A stretch of DNA of 64,000 nt from Minisyncoccota bacterium (GCA_028714635.1 JAQTLZ010000001.1:173272-237271); one strand, 5' to 3'. Shown: positions 1-11,105, counted from the stretch's first letter. Translations and numbers: made by a program. The notes: generated from the sequence alone by a model not told the origin.

Positions 1-309
1 TCCAGCAGGAAAATATTTTGCGCCGATAACTTTTCCGGGAACTCCCGCATTATCTTCATGCACTGCTACCCATCCTCCATTCGCGAATGTTACTGAATCT
101 AGATAGAGAGTACTGCCAGGGAATTGCGCACCTACTGCGAGCTTATCGCCGCCCGCTGAAACCATTGTGTTTGTTGGAGTTGGCGTTGCCTCTGTCGTTG
201 ATGGAGTAGAATTTCTAGTAAAAAGATATGTTCCAAGCGCGAGGACGACAATAACGACTACGATGCCGATAATCATATTTTTCGAACTTGAATTTGTTGT
301 TGGTTCCAT
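1..309 (-). CDS. Membrane-anchored hypothetical protein, runs off window edge
   Basis: Manual translation MEPTTNSSSKNMIIGIVVVIVVLALG...GGWVAVHEDNAGVPGKVIGAKYFPAG; N-terminal TM helix; open to position 1. Confidence 0.7.
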   Translation of the reverse strand, partial: MEPTTNSSSKNMIIGIVVVIVVLALGTYLFTRNSTPSTTEATPTPTNTMVSAGGDKLAVGAQFPGSTLYLDSVTFANGGWVAVHEDNAGVPGKVIGAKYFPAG

Positions 310-390
310 TTAATTAAATATTAATGAATAAAACAAGAACTCTTTTGCTTCATTTAGTATAGCACTTATGCCTCTTGCTAAAATTTCATT

Positions 391-936
391 TTAGATTCCG
401 AATTTTTTTCGCAGTGACCAGAGGCGGAATATCATGCATGCCATATTCTCGTTATAGATCAGATCTTTTTTTATCATTTGAAATGCTTTGTCTATAGAGA
501 CGGGTACGACCTTAATATCCTCGTCCTCATCTTTCAGAAGACGATCGGGAGTGAGTTTTGTTGCAACATAAGCGAAGCGTCTCCATACCCAGGATTGCCC
601 GCCTTCTGCGAGACGAAAAAGTTTCAGATTTTTTGCCCGCACTCCCGCTTCTTCGCGGAGCTCTCTTTGTGCAGCCCGAACAGGGGTTTCTCCCTTCTTT
701 ACTTTTCCTGCTGGCAGGGCCCAGATATATTTTTTGATTCGCGAACGGTATTCGCGGATGAGGAGAAGGCGTTTCTTCGCATCGATAGGAAGGATCATAA
801 CGCTTGGCGGACGATGCATTGTCTCGAAGACTTCTTTTTTACCAGAAGGCATTACCGCGATAGCGCGCTTCACTTCAAAGGTGTGTCCCTTGAAAACTGT
901 CTTATATTTCCCAATTTTTGCGCGAGGTTTTTGCAT
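391..936 (-). CDS. NUDIX hydrolase (ADP-ribose pyrophosphatase-like)
   Basis: Nudix box GKVKKGETPVRAAQRELREEAG; likely start MQKPR at 936. Confidence 0.85.
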   Translation of the reverse strand: MQKPRAKIGKYKTVFKGHTFEVKRAIAVMPSGKKEVFETMHRPPSVMILPIDAKKRLLLIREYRSRIKKYIWALPAGKVKKGETPVRAAQRELREEAGVRAKNLKLFRLAEGGQSWVWRRFAYVATKLTPDRLLKDEDEDIKVVPVSIDKAFQMIKKDLIYNENMACMIFRLWSLRKKFGI

Positions 937-979
937 AGAAATGGTAAATAAAAGGGGTAATCTCCTAGTATAGCACCCC

Positions 980-1009
980 GCGGCAAAATTTTCTAGAAAA
1001 TTTTGCCGC
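980..1009. repeat. Perfect 30-bp palindrome
   Basis: GCGGCAAAATTTTCTAGAAAATTTTGCCGC. Confidence 0.85.
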
Positions 1010-1016
1010 ACCCCCT

Positions 1017-1430
1017 TTATCTATTTAAAAGACCCGATCGGAAAATGTCCGGCTTATGAGAACTTATTTTTAGTATTTCAATCGGGAAGGGGAATTTCCC
1101 CTTTGCATTTTCCAGCGCATTTCCTAAACCATCTTGATCATATCCGAGCGCGACCACGTCTGGCTTGTTTTTGAGAATGACATTCCATGTTCCGAGTGTT
1201 TCATCGGCTTCAATTACGTAGTCCGCAATTTTTTCTGCTCCCAGATCCGCAATTCTTTTTTGGAGCGAAAAGCGGGGAGAATGTTTCTTTAATGTTTCAA
1301 CGTGTTCATCACGAGCAACTGCTACGATGAGTATGTCGCCAAACTTTTTCGCTTCGCGCAAAAAATGCCGGTGTCCCTCATGTACTCCGTCAAAGGTGCC
1401 AAAAACTAAAACTTTTTTACCGTTTTTCAT
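1017..1430 (-). CDS. Cytidylyltransferase family protein (FAD synthase RibL-like)
   Basis: VFGTFDGVHEGH HxGH motif; VALGYDQ motif. Confidence 0.8.
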   Translation of the reverse strand: MKNGKKVLVFGTFDGVHEGHRHFLREAKKFGDILIVAVARDEHVETLKKHSPRFSLQKRIADLGAEKIADYVIEADETLGTWNVILKNKPDVVALGYDQDGLGNALENAKGKFPFPIEILKISSHKPDIFRSGLLNR

Positions 1431-1431
1431 G

Positions 1432-2361
1432 TTAGGAGAAAATAAGAAGCAGTGTTCCTGCGATCATTACACCGATTGCAAAAAATTTTTGTAGGATGTC
1501 TCGTCCAGAGAGTTTTTCTTTCCCCAATTTGGGGAGGAAAACAGTAAGTATGATACCGATTATAAATACGAAGAGGGGCTGGAGACTATTTACAAGAAGG
1601 AGAAGTGCGATTGGTACCAAAAGACTTACGTAGTTGGAAGCAAGTTTTGCTACAAAACTTAGGACTTCCCCCAGGATATTTACAAGAACAAATCCTGCCG
1701 TATTTTGTCTCATGAGGCTTAAAAATTGCTGTCGATAAGATTTGATGCAGATAAATAAAAAGAGAGAGAAAATCACAATACCGGCATATTCCCAAAATAC
1801 GCTTGCCCAGAAATTCTCTTGGAGCGCGATGATTTTGAATAGGAGAATTGAAAGTGAGACCAAGAACGCCGCGCCCATCATTTTCAAGAGAATACCTTTT
1901 TTAATTTGTGCCGATTTCTTGTCAAAGGAAATTGAGATACTGATAGCCCCCAAGATGATTAAAAATCCTCCGATAATTTGTATATTTCGCAATGTTTCTC
2001 CAAGAAAGAAAAATCCGAGAATATAGCCGAAAATAGGAATGAATTGCCATAATGGTGTGATGACAGAAGCTTCTTCATATTCAAGTGCGGAAAAATAGGG
2101 AACGTAGGAACCAACCAAAAACATTCCGCTTAGGATGATGACAAGGGCGTGAGGGAAAGAGATGCTGATTTGGGAAGGAATTGAAATTCCAATTACAAGG
2201 CAAAATAGGATACTTATGAGGCCAGTAAAAATAACGAGAGAGCCAATTCCGCCTTTTTCAGAAGTGCGGTTCTTAAAAAAACGTTCGACAAGGTATTTGT
2301 CAACGTGATTGTTGATTGAATAGAGAAGGGGAGGTGCGAGTGCGATGATAAACCATTTCAT
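1432..2361 (-). CDS. DMT/EamA family transporter
   Basis: About 10 TM helices in two repeats; EEASVITPL..FLGE motif. Confidence 0.8.
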   Translation of the reverse strand: MKWFIIALAPPLLYSINNHVDKYLVERFFKNRTSEKGGIGSLVIFTGLISILFCLVIGISIPSQISISFPHALVIILSGMFLVGSYVPYFSALEYEEASVITPLWQFIPIFGYILGFFFLGETLRNIQIIGGFLIILGAISISISFDKKSAQIKKGILLKMMGAAFLVSLSILLFKIIALQENFWASVFWEYAGIVIFSLFLFICIKSYRQQFLSLMRQNTAGFVLVNILGEVLSFVAKLASNYVSLLVPIALLLLVNSLQPLFVFIIGIILTVFLPKLGKEKLSGRDILQKFFAIGVMIAGTLLLIFS

Positions 2362-2378
2362 AGAAAATAAGTATACGC

Positions 2379-2408
2379 CCGCGCAAACTTTTTAAAAAGT
2401 TTGCGCGG
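2379..2408. repeat. Perfect 30-bp palindrome
   Basis: CCGCGCAAACTTTTTAAAAAGTTTGCGCGG. Confidence 0.85.
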
Positions 2409-2797
2409 ACAAGCAAGAAAACGCAAAACCCGATCTCCATGTGAGATCGGGGTTAAAAGTAAGAAGAGGGGGATTCCGCTAAAAACTGCGGATATGGGGT
2501 GGGAGTATTTCGAAAATTTCAGATGAAAAAGAAAAAATCGAAACTACCAGGTGGGACGGACTCCCCGCTCTTCTCGCTTCGTAAACATGTGAACTTTACT
2601 ACCTATTATAATACTACCATATCTGATTTAAAAAGTCAAGTACCTTATTTTGATTGACATTAAGGAGTATAGGCTCTTAAATAGAGTATAGATAAGTCAT
2701 TTCCCGAGAATTCTCGTAGGGAGAAAGGCTACGTAATTTATTGTTTGGGCAATCGTCATCCATTAAGCATCTTTAAAAGTTTTTAATACTAGGTAAT

Positions 2798-4489
2798 ATG
2801 AAAAAAATTATACAAAAAGACGAAGTTCTCATCTCGTCTCGGTGGGGGAAAGAACTCCATCGACTTGTCTCTGTGATCGCAGTTTCCTCACTTCTTTTAG
2901 GTGTTGTGGCTCCTTTGAGCGCGACAGCTGCTGCTGGTAACTACGAGATAACTCTTAGTTCGCAACAGGTTGGACCATTTTCTATAACTTTGAACGGTAC
3001 TGCAAGCGGTGATCCTATTGTCGGGAAATGTGATGCACAACATATTTCTGTTTTGAGTTGGGATGTTGCACATGGTCAGCTACCTACACCCGAAGATGTT
3101 ACTTTACAAAATTTTGGTTGCAATGATAAGGTTTTAGTAACTGATTGGGCAGCTTCTCATGTATATGCAAATGCCGGCACCTATACTATTCAGGTTAGAA
3201 TTTATCATGCAAACCCTACTGGTGCAGAAGGTTCGGATGTTGCAACGATCGATGTTCCAGTAATTATTCCTCCTGCGACTCTTACGGTTATTAAAGAGGT
3301 GGTTAACAGTACTCAATCAGCCGATGACTTCACTATAAATGTAACTGGTAATGGCGCTTCTCCCGCATCATTTCCAGGTGTTGAATATCCGGGGCAAGTT
3401 GTAAGTCTCCAGCCTGGTGATTACAGTGTTTCTGAAGCGAGTACTACGGACTACACCGCGTCTTTTTCAGCCGATTGTACTGGTTCAGTAGCGTCCGGAG
3501 ACAGTAAGACCTGCACGGTTACGAACACTTTTGTCCCTCCTCCGACCCCTACGCCCACTCCAACTCCTTCTCCAACGCCGACACCAAGTCCAACTCCGAC
3601 TCCAACTCCTTCTCCTACACCTACCCCCACACCGTCTCCAACCCCAACACCGAGCCCAACTCCCTCACCGACACCAGAACCTACTCCTTCGCCCACCCCA
3701 GAACCAACTCCAATACCAAGCGTGACGCCAACCCCAAGCCCCACGCCATCACCCACCCCGTCTCCAACGCCGGAACCAACACCATCACCGACACCAGAAC
3801 CTACTCCTTCCCCAACTCCACAAGCAACTCCAAGCCCAACTCCGGAAATAACTCCTAGTCCTACACCTACTCCAGATGGTGGCGGAGGGGAAACTCCAAC
3901 CCCGACTCCAGAAGCGACTCCGTCTCCAACACCCGAGCCTACTGCCTCTCCGACTCCTGAACCAACAGCCAGTCCAACTCCAGAACCAACTCCCTCTCCT
4001 ACTCCTAACAATGGCGGAGGCGAAAATCCTACACCAACTCCGACTCCTTCTTCCACGCCATCACCAACTCCGAAACCGCATCATTCAGGATCTTCTGGGG
4101 GACGTGTAGGTACGGGCGGAGGTGGTAGTGTGCTTGGAATATCCACTGGGCCTGGTGAAGTGCTTGGAGCTGAAGCTTGCAGTGTGTATCTCAAAACATA
4201 TATACATTATGGATGGAAAAATGATCCAGAAGATGTAAAAAGACTCCAGACATTGCTCAATAGCTATCTGAAAATCAATCTTCCAATTAGCGGTTTTTAT
4301 GGTCCGATGACGAGAGACGCCGTAAATAGACTCCAGGTTATGAATTGGCAAGAAGTGTTAGCTCCTTGGGTACCATTCGGCTTGCCAACGGCACATACTC
4401 CGACCGGATATGTTTACAAGACCACACAACGCTTCATCAATAATTATATTTGTCCGACTCTCAACCTTCCGATTCCGCAACTTCCGTAA
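2798..4489 (+). CDS. Secreted/surface protein: Ig-like domains, long PT/PS linker, C-terminal peptidoglycan-binding-like domain
   Basis: Signal-like segment; (PTPS/PTPE)n repeats; [23 protein letters not shown] motif. Confidence 0.75.
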   Translation: MKKIIQKDEVLISSRWGKELHRLVSVIAVSSLLLGVVAPLSATAAAGNYEITLSSQQVGPFSITLNGTASGDPIVGKCDAQHISVLSWDVAHGQLPTPEDVTLQNFGCNDKVLVTDWAASHVYANAGTYTIQVRIYHANPTGAEGSDVATIDVPVIIPPATLTVIKEVVNSTQSADDFTINVTGNGASPASFPGVEYPGQVVSLQPGDYSVSEASTTDYTASFSADCTGSVASGDSKTCTVTNTFVPPPTPTPTPTPSPTPTPSPTPTPTPSPTPTPTPSPTPTPSPTPSPTPEPTPSPTPEPTPIPSVTPTPSPTPSPTPSPTPEPTPSPTPEPTPSPTPQATPSPTPEITPSPTPTPDGGGGETPTPTPEATPSPTPEPTASPTPEPTASPTPEPTPSPTPNNGGGENPTPTPTPSSTPSPTPKPHHSGSSGGRVGTGGGGSVLGISTGPGEVLGAEACSVYLKTYIHYGWKNDPEDVKRLQTLLNSYLKINLPISGFYGPMTRDAVNRLQVMNWQEVLAPWVPFGLPTAHTPTGYVYKTTQRFINNYICPTLNLPIPQLP

Positions 4490-4549
4490 AATGCTTTGAG
4501 AGAGGAAATCCTCCTTGTTTTTCAATTGCCTTTTGTGTTCTAATAGTTC

Positions 4550-5554
4550 ATGGGTAATTTTCTCAAGCACCACTTTATTCCCCATGAAGGGAATGAATAC
4601 AAGCCACACTTTTTAAGAGAAGCTTCGATTGCTTCGCTCATCTCTCTTGCTCTCATTCTTTTTCTCGGTTCAATTTCGTATGGAATTGTAGCGACCAAAA
4701 CAAATATTTTGGCGTCTATTTACCCGTCTCTGGTTGTTAATCTTACAAATGAAAACCGAACTGCACAGGGCGATCTTCCTCTCCAAGTAAATCCGCTTTT
4801 AGAAAAATCGGCGGGATTCAAGGCAGAAGATATGGCGGAGAAAGGATATTTTGCCCACACCTCTCCGGAAGGGCTCACTCCATGGCATTGGTTTGATCTT
4901 GCTGGCTACGCGTATATCTATGCCGGAGAAAATCTTGCTGTGAATTTTTCTGACACGGATACAGTAGTGAATGCGTGGATGAATTCTCCGACGCACCGGG
5001 AAAATATTCTCAATAATCATTTTACGGAGATTGGCATCGCCACTTCTCACGGAGTATATAAAGGAAGAGATACGATTTTCGTCGTCCAAGATTTTGGAAC
5101 TCCATCTCTCGCATCTGCAGAGGGGAATGTCCGGCCGGTTTTGAAAGAGGTGAAAAGCATTGCTCCTATTTCACAGGTACAAGTCTCTCCTGAAGTAGCC
5201 GGTGAGAGTGTGAAAAAAGATTTTGTGCAGGCAGAAGCGCCGCTTCAGACTTTTGTTGCTGTGAAAAATGAGGCCGCTGTATCTTCCGCACCCGCACAAC
5301 AAGCTATAGATGGAAATTCTTTTCCGAAACTTTCGTGGTATCAAAGAGCGGTGCTTTTGTATCCCAAAATAGTGAGCGATGCATATATTGTCCTTGCCGG
5401 CATCGTTGTTCTTTCACTTGTCCTTCTTATCTTCATTGAAGTTAAAAAACAGCACCCAAAACATATTCTGTACGGATTTCTTGTTTTAGCATTAGTGCTT
5501 GTGCTACTCTACCTCTCTCGGGCAATTCTCTTCCCGCAGGTGATCATAATCTAA
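4550..5554 (+). CDS. CAP/SCP-domain membrane protein
   Basis: YFAHTSPEG, AGENLA and WMNSPTHRENIL motifs. Confidence 0.9.
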   Translation: MGNFLKHHFIPHEGNEYKPHFLREASIASLISLALILFLGSISYGIVATKTNILASIYPSLVVNLTNENRTAQGDLPLQVNPLLEKSAGFKAEDMAEKGYFAHTSPEGLTPWHWFDLAGYAYIYAGENLAVNFSDTDTVVNAWMNSPTHRENILNNHFTEIGIATSHGVYKGRDTIFVVQDFGTPSLASAEGNVRPVLKEVKSIAPISQVQVSPEVAGESVKKDFVQAEAPLQTFVAVKNEAAVSSAPAQQAIDGNSFPKLSWYQRAVLLYPKIVSDAYIVLAGIVVLSLVLLIFIEVKKQHPKHILYGFLVLALVLVLLYLSRAILFPQVIII

Positions 5555-5560
5555 ACACAA

Positions 5561-6775
5561 ATGGCAGAACAGAGAATCAAAAAAGAGCTCGGAGAGTGGA
5601 AGGATATTTCCATCGTGAATCTTATCGATTCGCTTGTTGAGTATGCTCATGCAAACCACGCATCGGATATTCACATTGATCCATCGGAGAAAAAAGTGCG
5701 AGTGCGGCTTCGTATTGACGGCGTTTTGGAAGAGCTTTGTGTATTTCCGAAAGACATTCATCCAGAAATTATTTCCCGAATCAAAATTCTGGCATCTTTG
5801 CGCACTGACGAGCATCAATCGCCCCAAGACGGACGTTTCCGGATTTCGCTTAAGTCGAAGTTCCCGATAGATGTGCGAGTTTCTATTGTTCCAACATTTT
5901 TCGGCGAGAATGCGGTGCTCCGGCTTCTGTCAGACAAAGCGGAAAGCATTTCTTTGGACATGCTTGGTTTAAACGAGAGAGATTACCAAAAACTTAAGAA
6001 AGCTGTGCAGAAATCTTCGGGAATGATCCTTGCTACCGGTCCGACCGGTTCTGGAAAGACCACGACGCTGTATACGATTTTGAAGATGCTCAATACCAAA
6101 GAAGTATCGATTATTACCATTGAAGATCCGATCGAATACGCGCTTGAGGGGATTGAACAGATCCAAGTAGACCCGCGAAGTTCGCTCACTTTTGCAAATG
6201 GTTTGCGCTCTATTTTGCGCCAAGATCCGAACATTATCATGGTAGGTGAGATCCGTGATACAGAAACTGCCGGCATTGCAGTCAACACCGCTCTCACAGG
6301 GCACTTGCTTCTCTCTACGCTCCATACAAATGATGCGGCGACAACGCTTCCGCGACTTCTTGATATGCACATTGAACCATTTTTGGTCGCTTCGACTGTC
6401 TCTGTCGCTATCGGCCAGCGGCTGGTGCGCACGCTCTGTCCGCATTGCAAGGTGCCGAAAACGCTTACAGAAGCGGAAAAGAAAACGCTCGAAGACATTT
6501 TTGCCGGAGTTCCGCTTCCGGAAAATCCCACGTTTTTTGAAGCGAAAGGCTGCGACGAATGCAGCACTGCAGGCTTTCGCGGACGAATCGGCCTTTACGA
6601 GGTCCTTGTCATGTCCCCAGCTATTCGAGAGGCAATATTGCGGAAGACTTCAGCCGCTGAAATAAAAACCATAGCTTTGCAAGAAGGCATGACTCCCATG
6701 GTTCGTGATGGTCTTGAAAAAGCCGCTCGCGGTCTCACTACCATTGAGGAAGTAATGCGTGTCGGCCATGAATAA
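5561..6775 (+). CDS. pilB: Type IV pilus assembly ATPase (PilB/GspE family)
   Basis: ASDIHIDP; Walker A GPTGSGKTTT; LRQDPNIIMVGEIRD; CxxC motifs. Confidence 0.9.
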   Translation: MAEQRIKKELGEWKDISIVNLIDSLVEYAHANHASDIHIDPSEKKVRVRLRIDGVLEELCVFPKDIHPEIISRIKILASLRTDEHQSPQDGRFRISLKSKFPIDVRVSIVPTFFGENAVLRLLSDKAESISLDMLGLNERDYQKLKKAVQKSSGMILATGPTGSGKTTTLYTILKMLNTKEVSIITIEDPIEYALEGIEQIQVDPRSSLTFANGLRSILRQDPNIIMVGEIRDTETAGIAVNTALTGHLLLSTLHTNDAATTLPRLLDMHIEPFLVASTVSVAIGQRLVRTLCPHCKVPKTLTEAEKKTLEDIFAGVPLPENPTFFEAKGCDECSTAGFRGRIGLYEVLVMSPAIREAILRKTSAAEIKTIALQEGMTPMVRDGLEKAARGLTTIEEVMRVGHE

Positions 6776-8033
6776 TCCCCGCCACACTTCAAAAGAACGC
6801 ACTTCCCATCGGCCGTCTCTCCATTCTGAAATGGCGAAAAAAGTTCTTCCCAAAGTCGAAAAGAAAAAACATTTCGGGCACGCAATTGTTCCCAAACTTT
6901 CTCATTCGAGCAAAAAAATAAGAGCAAAAATGGGAGGCTTCCGGATGAAAGTCCAAGCATATTGGAAAACAGATCAAAAAAATAGGTTGCGGCTCAGCAT
7001 GAAAGAGCGTTCCCATTTTGCCAAACGCCTTTCTTTTCTTATCTCCGGCGGAGTGCCGCTTCTCGAGGCTCTTTTTGTGCTTCAAAAGCAAAATCGCTCC
7101 CGGAGGAAAGAGAAATTTTTCGATTCTATTATCGCTGATATTTCAAATGGCCAGACGCTTTCGAAGGCACTCGTGAAATTTCCGAGAATGTTCGATGATT
7201 TTGCAGTGAATATTATTCGAGTCGGTGAATCAAGCGGGACCTTAAACCAAAATCTCCAGTATCTTGCCGAAGAGCTGAAAAAGAAAAATGTCCTTCGAAA
7301 TAAAGTATTGAGCGCGCTTGTCTATCCGATTTTTATCACCATAACGACATTGGCCCTCACCATTTTGCTCACCATTTTTATTTTTCCTAAAATTCAGCCG
7401 ATCTTCACTAGTCTTCGGGTTGCGATTCCTTTGACCACGAGAATACTTATTTTTACAAGCGCATTTCTTCGCGCCTATGGGCTCTGGCTTTTGGCAGCGC
7501 TCGTCGTTTCCGCTATAGTATTTTTGATTTTCCTCAAGAAATCAGAAGGTTTCCGAAAATTTTTCGACAGGAATATATTTCGCATTCCGCTTTTAGGGAC
7601 GATTTTTCAGGGATATAACCTTGCTAACATTACCCGCACTTTGGGGCTTCTTTTGAAAAGCGGGGTCAAATTGAGCGAGGCGGTCATTGTGACCGCGGAT
7701 ACCACAGCTAACGTCATCTACAAACAAGAGCTCCATAATATTTCCGCAGGAGTGCTGAGAGGCGAGAAACTTTCTTTCTACATGGAGAAGAATAGAAAAC
7801 TTTTCCCTGATCTTGTCTCTCATATGGTCGCGGTCGGGGAGGGGACGGGAAACCTTTCCAACACGCTCATCTATCTTTCTGAAAGCGAAGAGGCGGAAGT
7901 GGACGATCTGACCAAAAATCTTTCCAATTCCATCGAGCCCTTGCTTATGGTCTTTATGGGCCTTATTGTTGGATTTATAGCTGTTTCGGTCATAACGCCT
8001 ATCTATGAAATTACCCAAAATCTTCATCCATAA
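6768..8033 (+). CDS. pilC: Type IV pilus platform protein (PilC/GspF family)
   Basis: Two GspF repeats (VGESSGTL, VGEGTGNL), IEPLL motif; start uncertain. Confidence 0.88.
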   Translation: MNNPRHTSKERTSHRPSLHSEMAKKVLPKVEKKKHFGHAIVPKLSHSSKKIRAKMGGFRMKVQAYWKTDQKNRLRLSMKERSHFAKRLSFLISGGVPLLEALFVLQKQNRSRRKEKFFDSIIADISNGQTLSKALVKFPRMFDDFAVNIIRVGESSGTLNQNLQYLAEELKKKNVLRNKVLSALVYPIFITITTLALTILLTIFIFPKIQPIFTSLRVAIPLTTRILIFTSAFLRAYGLWLLAALVVSAIVFLIFLKKSEGFRKFFDRNIFRIPLLGTIFQGYNLANITRTLGLLLKSGVKLSEAVIVTADTTANVIYKQELHNISAGVLRGEKLSFYMEKNRKLFPDLVSHMVAVGEGTGNLSNTLIYLSESEEAEVDDLTKNLSNSIEPLLMVFMGLIVGFIAVSVITPIYEITQNLHP

Positions 8034-8508
8034 AGAGAAGACATGCGGTTTCACTTTAATAGAAATTTTGGTCGTGATGGCGATTTTCACGCTTCTCTCT
8101 GGCCTCGGGTTGTTTATGACATTTGATTCCTATCGCGGAGCTTCTTCGCGTTCCGAGCGCGATACTGTGGTGAGTCTTTTGGAAAGGGCGCGCAGTCAGG
8201 CAATGAATAATGTTTGTTTTGGCGCTTCTTGCGTCGGAGGAAAAAGACACGGTATCTCCATTCAGTCCAACCAATACGTGATTTTTGAGGGAGGAAACTA
8301 TGCCAGTCGTGACAGTGAGGTCGATCAAATTACCCCCGCTAATCCGACAGCCATCATAACTCCTATTGATGTGGTATTTGATCAGCTGACCGGAAAACTT
8401 TACCCGCAACTTTCTCCCGCGACAACCGAATTGATCATCACCATAAAGCAGGCCGACCGGCCCGATTCAATTATTTCAATCAACAATGAAGGCACGATCA
8501 ATTGGTGA
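8005..8508 (+). CDS. Prepilin-type N-methylation protein (FimT/GspH-like minor pilin)
   Basis: G|FTLIEILVV class III signal. Confidence 0.85.
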   Translation: MKLPKIFIHKEKTCGFTLIEILVVMAIFTLLSGLGLFMTFDSYRGASSRSERDTVVSLLERARSQAMNNVCFGASCVGGKRHGISIQSNQYVIFEGGNYASRDSEVDQITPANPTAIITPIDVVFDQLTGKLYPQLSPATTELIITIKQADRPDSIISINNEGTINW

Positions 8509-8574
8509 TTTTTGCACCACAAAAATCATGTCAGAAGATTTTTAGCCGAAGGCGTAAAAATTTCTGACTCAAAC

Positions 8575-10188
8575 ATGAAAACTGAAAATACAAAACCAAA
8601 GATAAAAAACTCTCGAGGCTTCAGCACGCTTGAAATACTCATTGCTTTTTCTATTCTCATTTTGGCTTTGACGGCGCTTATTCTCGTGGTCTTCGGCAAT
8701 CAATCGATCTTAATTGATACTCAGGTAAGCAATGAAGCGCTCCATAAAGCGGAAGCCTTGCTTGAGGGTGCGCGTGCCGATTCTCGCTTCGATTTTGGCC
8801 TCGTCAATCCGACCACAACAATAGAAGTGAGCGGTTCGCTCGCTTATACAAAAAAACTTGAAGTGCACCAGGTGGATTTATTTACCAAGGAAGTAAAGAG
8901 TATCGTAAGCTGGCTTGGTCCGAATGACCGCAATCTCTCCGTAACGCTCAGTACGCTTCTTACCAACCCTCAGGCGGTAGCCGGAGGAGATACATGCAGT
9001 TCTGTTCTTGAGGGTAATTGGAATGATGCGCAAATAACCGAGCCGATTGATGTGGGTACGACCTCCAGCGGAAATCCCGTGACCAGCGTGTACGCTTTCA
9101 ATGAAAAACTCTATCTTACGACAGCAAATACTCATGGGCATAATGATGATTTTTATATATACGATCTTTCCGCTGATCCCAAACACCCCACCCAGATAAT
9201 AAGCAGAGATACGAATGGTTTGACTCCTGGATTAAATGCGGTGACAGTTTCGAAAAATGGCGCAAACCAGTTTGCGTATGTAGGGAATGCAAATGATAGA
9301 AATTTTAAAACCTGTACGTCTGGACCGGGTTGTTCGCAACTGCAAGTGATAGATGTTACGAGTCCAAGTTCTCCTTCGGTCGTAGCTAGTTTCTTGCTTC
9401 CAACGAGCACGGCACCGTATGTCCTGGGAAATGTCACAAGTTCCAACGATCAAGCTGTCGGGAAAAGTATTTTTTATAAAGATGGATATGTTTATCTTGG
9501 ATTGACGACCACTTCAAATGGGCCAGGTTTTCATATTATTGATGTGCATGATCCATTGCATCCAAGCTGGGTTGGCAGTTGGCCATCCCCAGCACTGGGA
9601 TTTGGAAGTTCGGGCGCCCCCATTAACGCAATCTATGTTAAGAATAATTATGCATACCTCGCTCATCCTACAGGCCTCGCCGGCGGGTCTTCGGAACAAT
9701 TGACAGTTCTTGATATCAGCAATCTATCCAGTCCCCAGCGCGTCAGTTCTTTTTTTGATAGCGGCGGTGTCGGGGGAAACGGGAAAAGCCTTGGTTTGGT
9801 TGGCAACAAATTATATTTTGGAAGGACAGCGACAAAAATTTCCGGAGCAACGGATTCTCGTCCAGAGTTTTACATTTTGAACAATGCTAATCCCACCTCT
9901 CTCCCAGCTGCTCCGCTCGGCACTCTTGCCTTGGCCACTGCCGAAAGCGCAAACGGAATACTTATCCGCGATTATCTCGCTTTTTTGACCACCACTAATT
10001 ATTTTCAAATCTGGAATATTTCGAACCCCTCAAATATTTTAGCGGTCAAATCATTCTTTATGCCCGACATTGTGCATAGCGGGTCAACCGGTTCGGCATC
10101 AGGATGCGAGGGAAATTATATTTATGTTGGTTCGTATAGGACGAGTAACGATAAGGGGGTAATCCTTGTCGCATATCCAGGACTATGA
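8575..10188 (+). CDS. Large minor pilin with LVIVD-type beta-propeller repeats
   Basis: G|FSTLEILIA; repeats LQVIDVTSP, FHIIDVHDP, LTVLDISN. Confidence 0.75.
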   Translation: MKTENTKPKIKNSRGFSTLEILIAFSILILALTALILVVFGNQSILIDTQVSNEALHKAEALLEGARADSRFDFGLVNPTTTIEVSGSLAYTKKLEVHQVDLFTKEVKSIVSWLGPNDRNLSVTLSTLLTNPQAVAGGDTCSSVLEGNWNDAQITEPIDVGTTSSGNPVTSVYAFNEKLYLTTANTHGHNDDFYIYDLSADPKHPTQIISRDTNGLTPGLNAVTVSKNGANQFAYVGNANDRNFKTCTSGPGCSQLQVIDVTSPSSPSVVASFLLPTSTAPYVLGNVTSSNDQAVGKSIFYKDGYVYLGLTTTSNGPGFHIIDVHDPLHPSWVGSWPSPALGFGSSGAPINAIYVKNNYAYLAHPTGLAGGSSEQLTVLDISNLSSPQRVSSFFDSGGVGGNGKSLGLVGNKLYFGRTATKISGATDSRPEFYILNNANPTSLPAAPLGTLALATAESANGILIRDYLAFLTTTNYFQIWNISNPSNILAVKSFFMPDIVHSGSTGSASGCEGNYIYVGSYRTSNDKGVILVAYPGL

Positions 10189-10643
10189 AAACAACAGGCG
10201 GTTTCACTTTAATCGAATCGGTTGTCTACGTCGCTCTTTTAGCCCTCATCATGGGAGGAGTCTTGCCTCTGGTGTATCAAATTTTGCAGGGAAGCAATAC
10301 TCTATCTGGAATAAATGCGGTACAAGAAGAGGCGAATTTTGTATTGCACAAAATCGATTGGGCGCTTGGCGGTATTTCAAATATCCTCTCTTCTTTTTCT
10401 GATGCCGACACCATTACCATACCCAGATACGATGGGAATCAGGTGCGTTTTCGGTTGAACACGGACAAAATCGAGATGAGCGAATCGGGCGGGACATATC
10501 TGCCGATCACTACAGCCAATGTGGCGGCAACTCATTTGCTTTTTCATTACATACCGGCGATGGGCACGGGACCAGCGGGTGTGAAAGTTTCTTTTACTCT
10601 CGGAACTGTTCCATTTGAAATAACGAAATACATACGAAAATGA
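10185..10643 (+). CDS. Minor pilin (PilW-like)
   Basis: G|FTLIESVVY. Confidence 0.8.
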   Translation: MKTTGGFTLIESVVYVALLALIMGGVLPLVYQILQGSNTLSGINAVQEEANFVLHKIDWALGGISNILSSFSDADTITIPRYDGNQVRFRLNTDKIEMSESGGTYLPITTANVAATHLLFHYIPAMGTGPAGVKVSFTLGTVPFEITKYIRK

Positions 10644-11014
10644 TTTTAAAACAAAAACAAGGATTCATCGCTCTTATATCCACCATCGTCATCTCGGTGG
10701 TCTTGCTTCTTGTTGTGAGCACGGCGAGCTTAACCGGGTTTTATGGGCGCTCTGATATTTTGGATTCGGAACTCAAGGAGCGGACAAATGCTCTCGCCGA
10801 AGCTTGCGTGGACAAAGCAATTTTGTATGTAGCAGATGGTTCGGCTCATACTTACCCGGAGCTTGTGTCTGTCAGCACTGACAAGTGTTATATAGATTCT
10901 ATAAGTGCCGGGGTCATTAAAACTCACGCGCTTTACAGCAGTTTCCGAACCAATTTGCAAGTCACTATAAATACTGCGAATTTCTCAGTTTTTTCTTGGG
11001 AAGAAGTGCCTTAG
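10640..11014 (+). CDS. PilX-like minor pilin
   Basis: G|FIALIS without Glu+5; ALAEAC motif; ends WEEV. Confidence 0.7.
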   Translation: MILKQKQGFIALISTIVISVVLLLVVSTASLTGFYGRSDILDSELKERTNALAEACVDKAILYVADGSAHTYPELVSVSTDKCYIDSISAGVIKTHALYSSFRTNLQVTINTANFSVFSWEEVP

Positions 11015-11105
11015 AATTAAGGATTAACTAAAATTGCTTGCTTTTTTGTCTGCCGGTGCTATATATAAGCAACAGAAGATTGTATTACTAATTTAGATAA
11101 AAAAT

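Noticed and set aside
3451-4056. GV-repeat ORF on the minus strand, or a possible CRISPR-like repeat
   Set aside because: It is the antisense shadow of the PT/PS linker. There is no repeat-spacer structure and no cas gene in the window.
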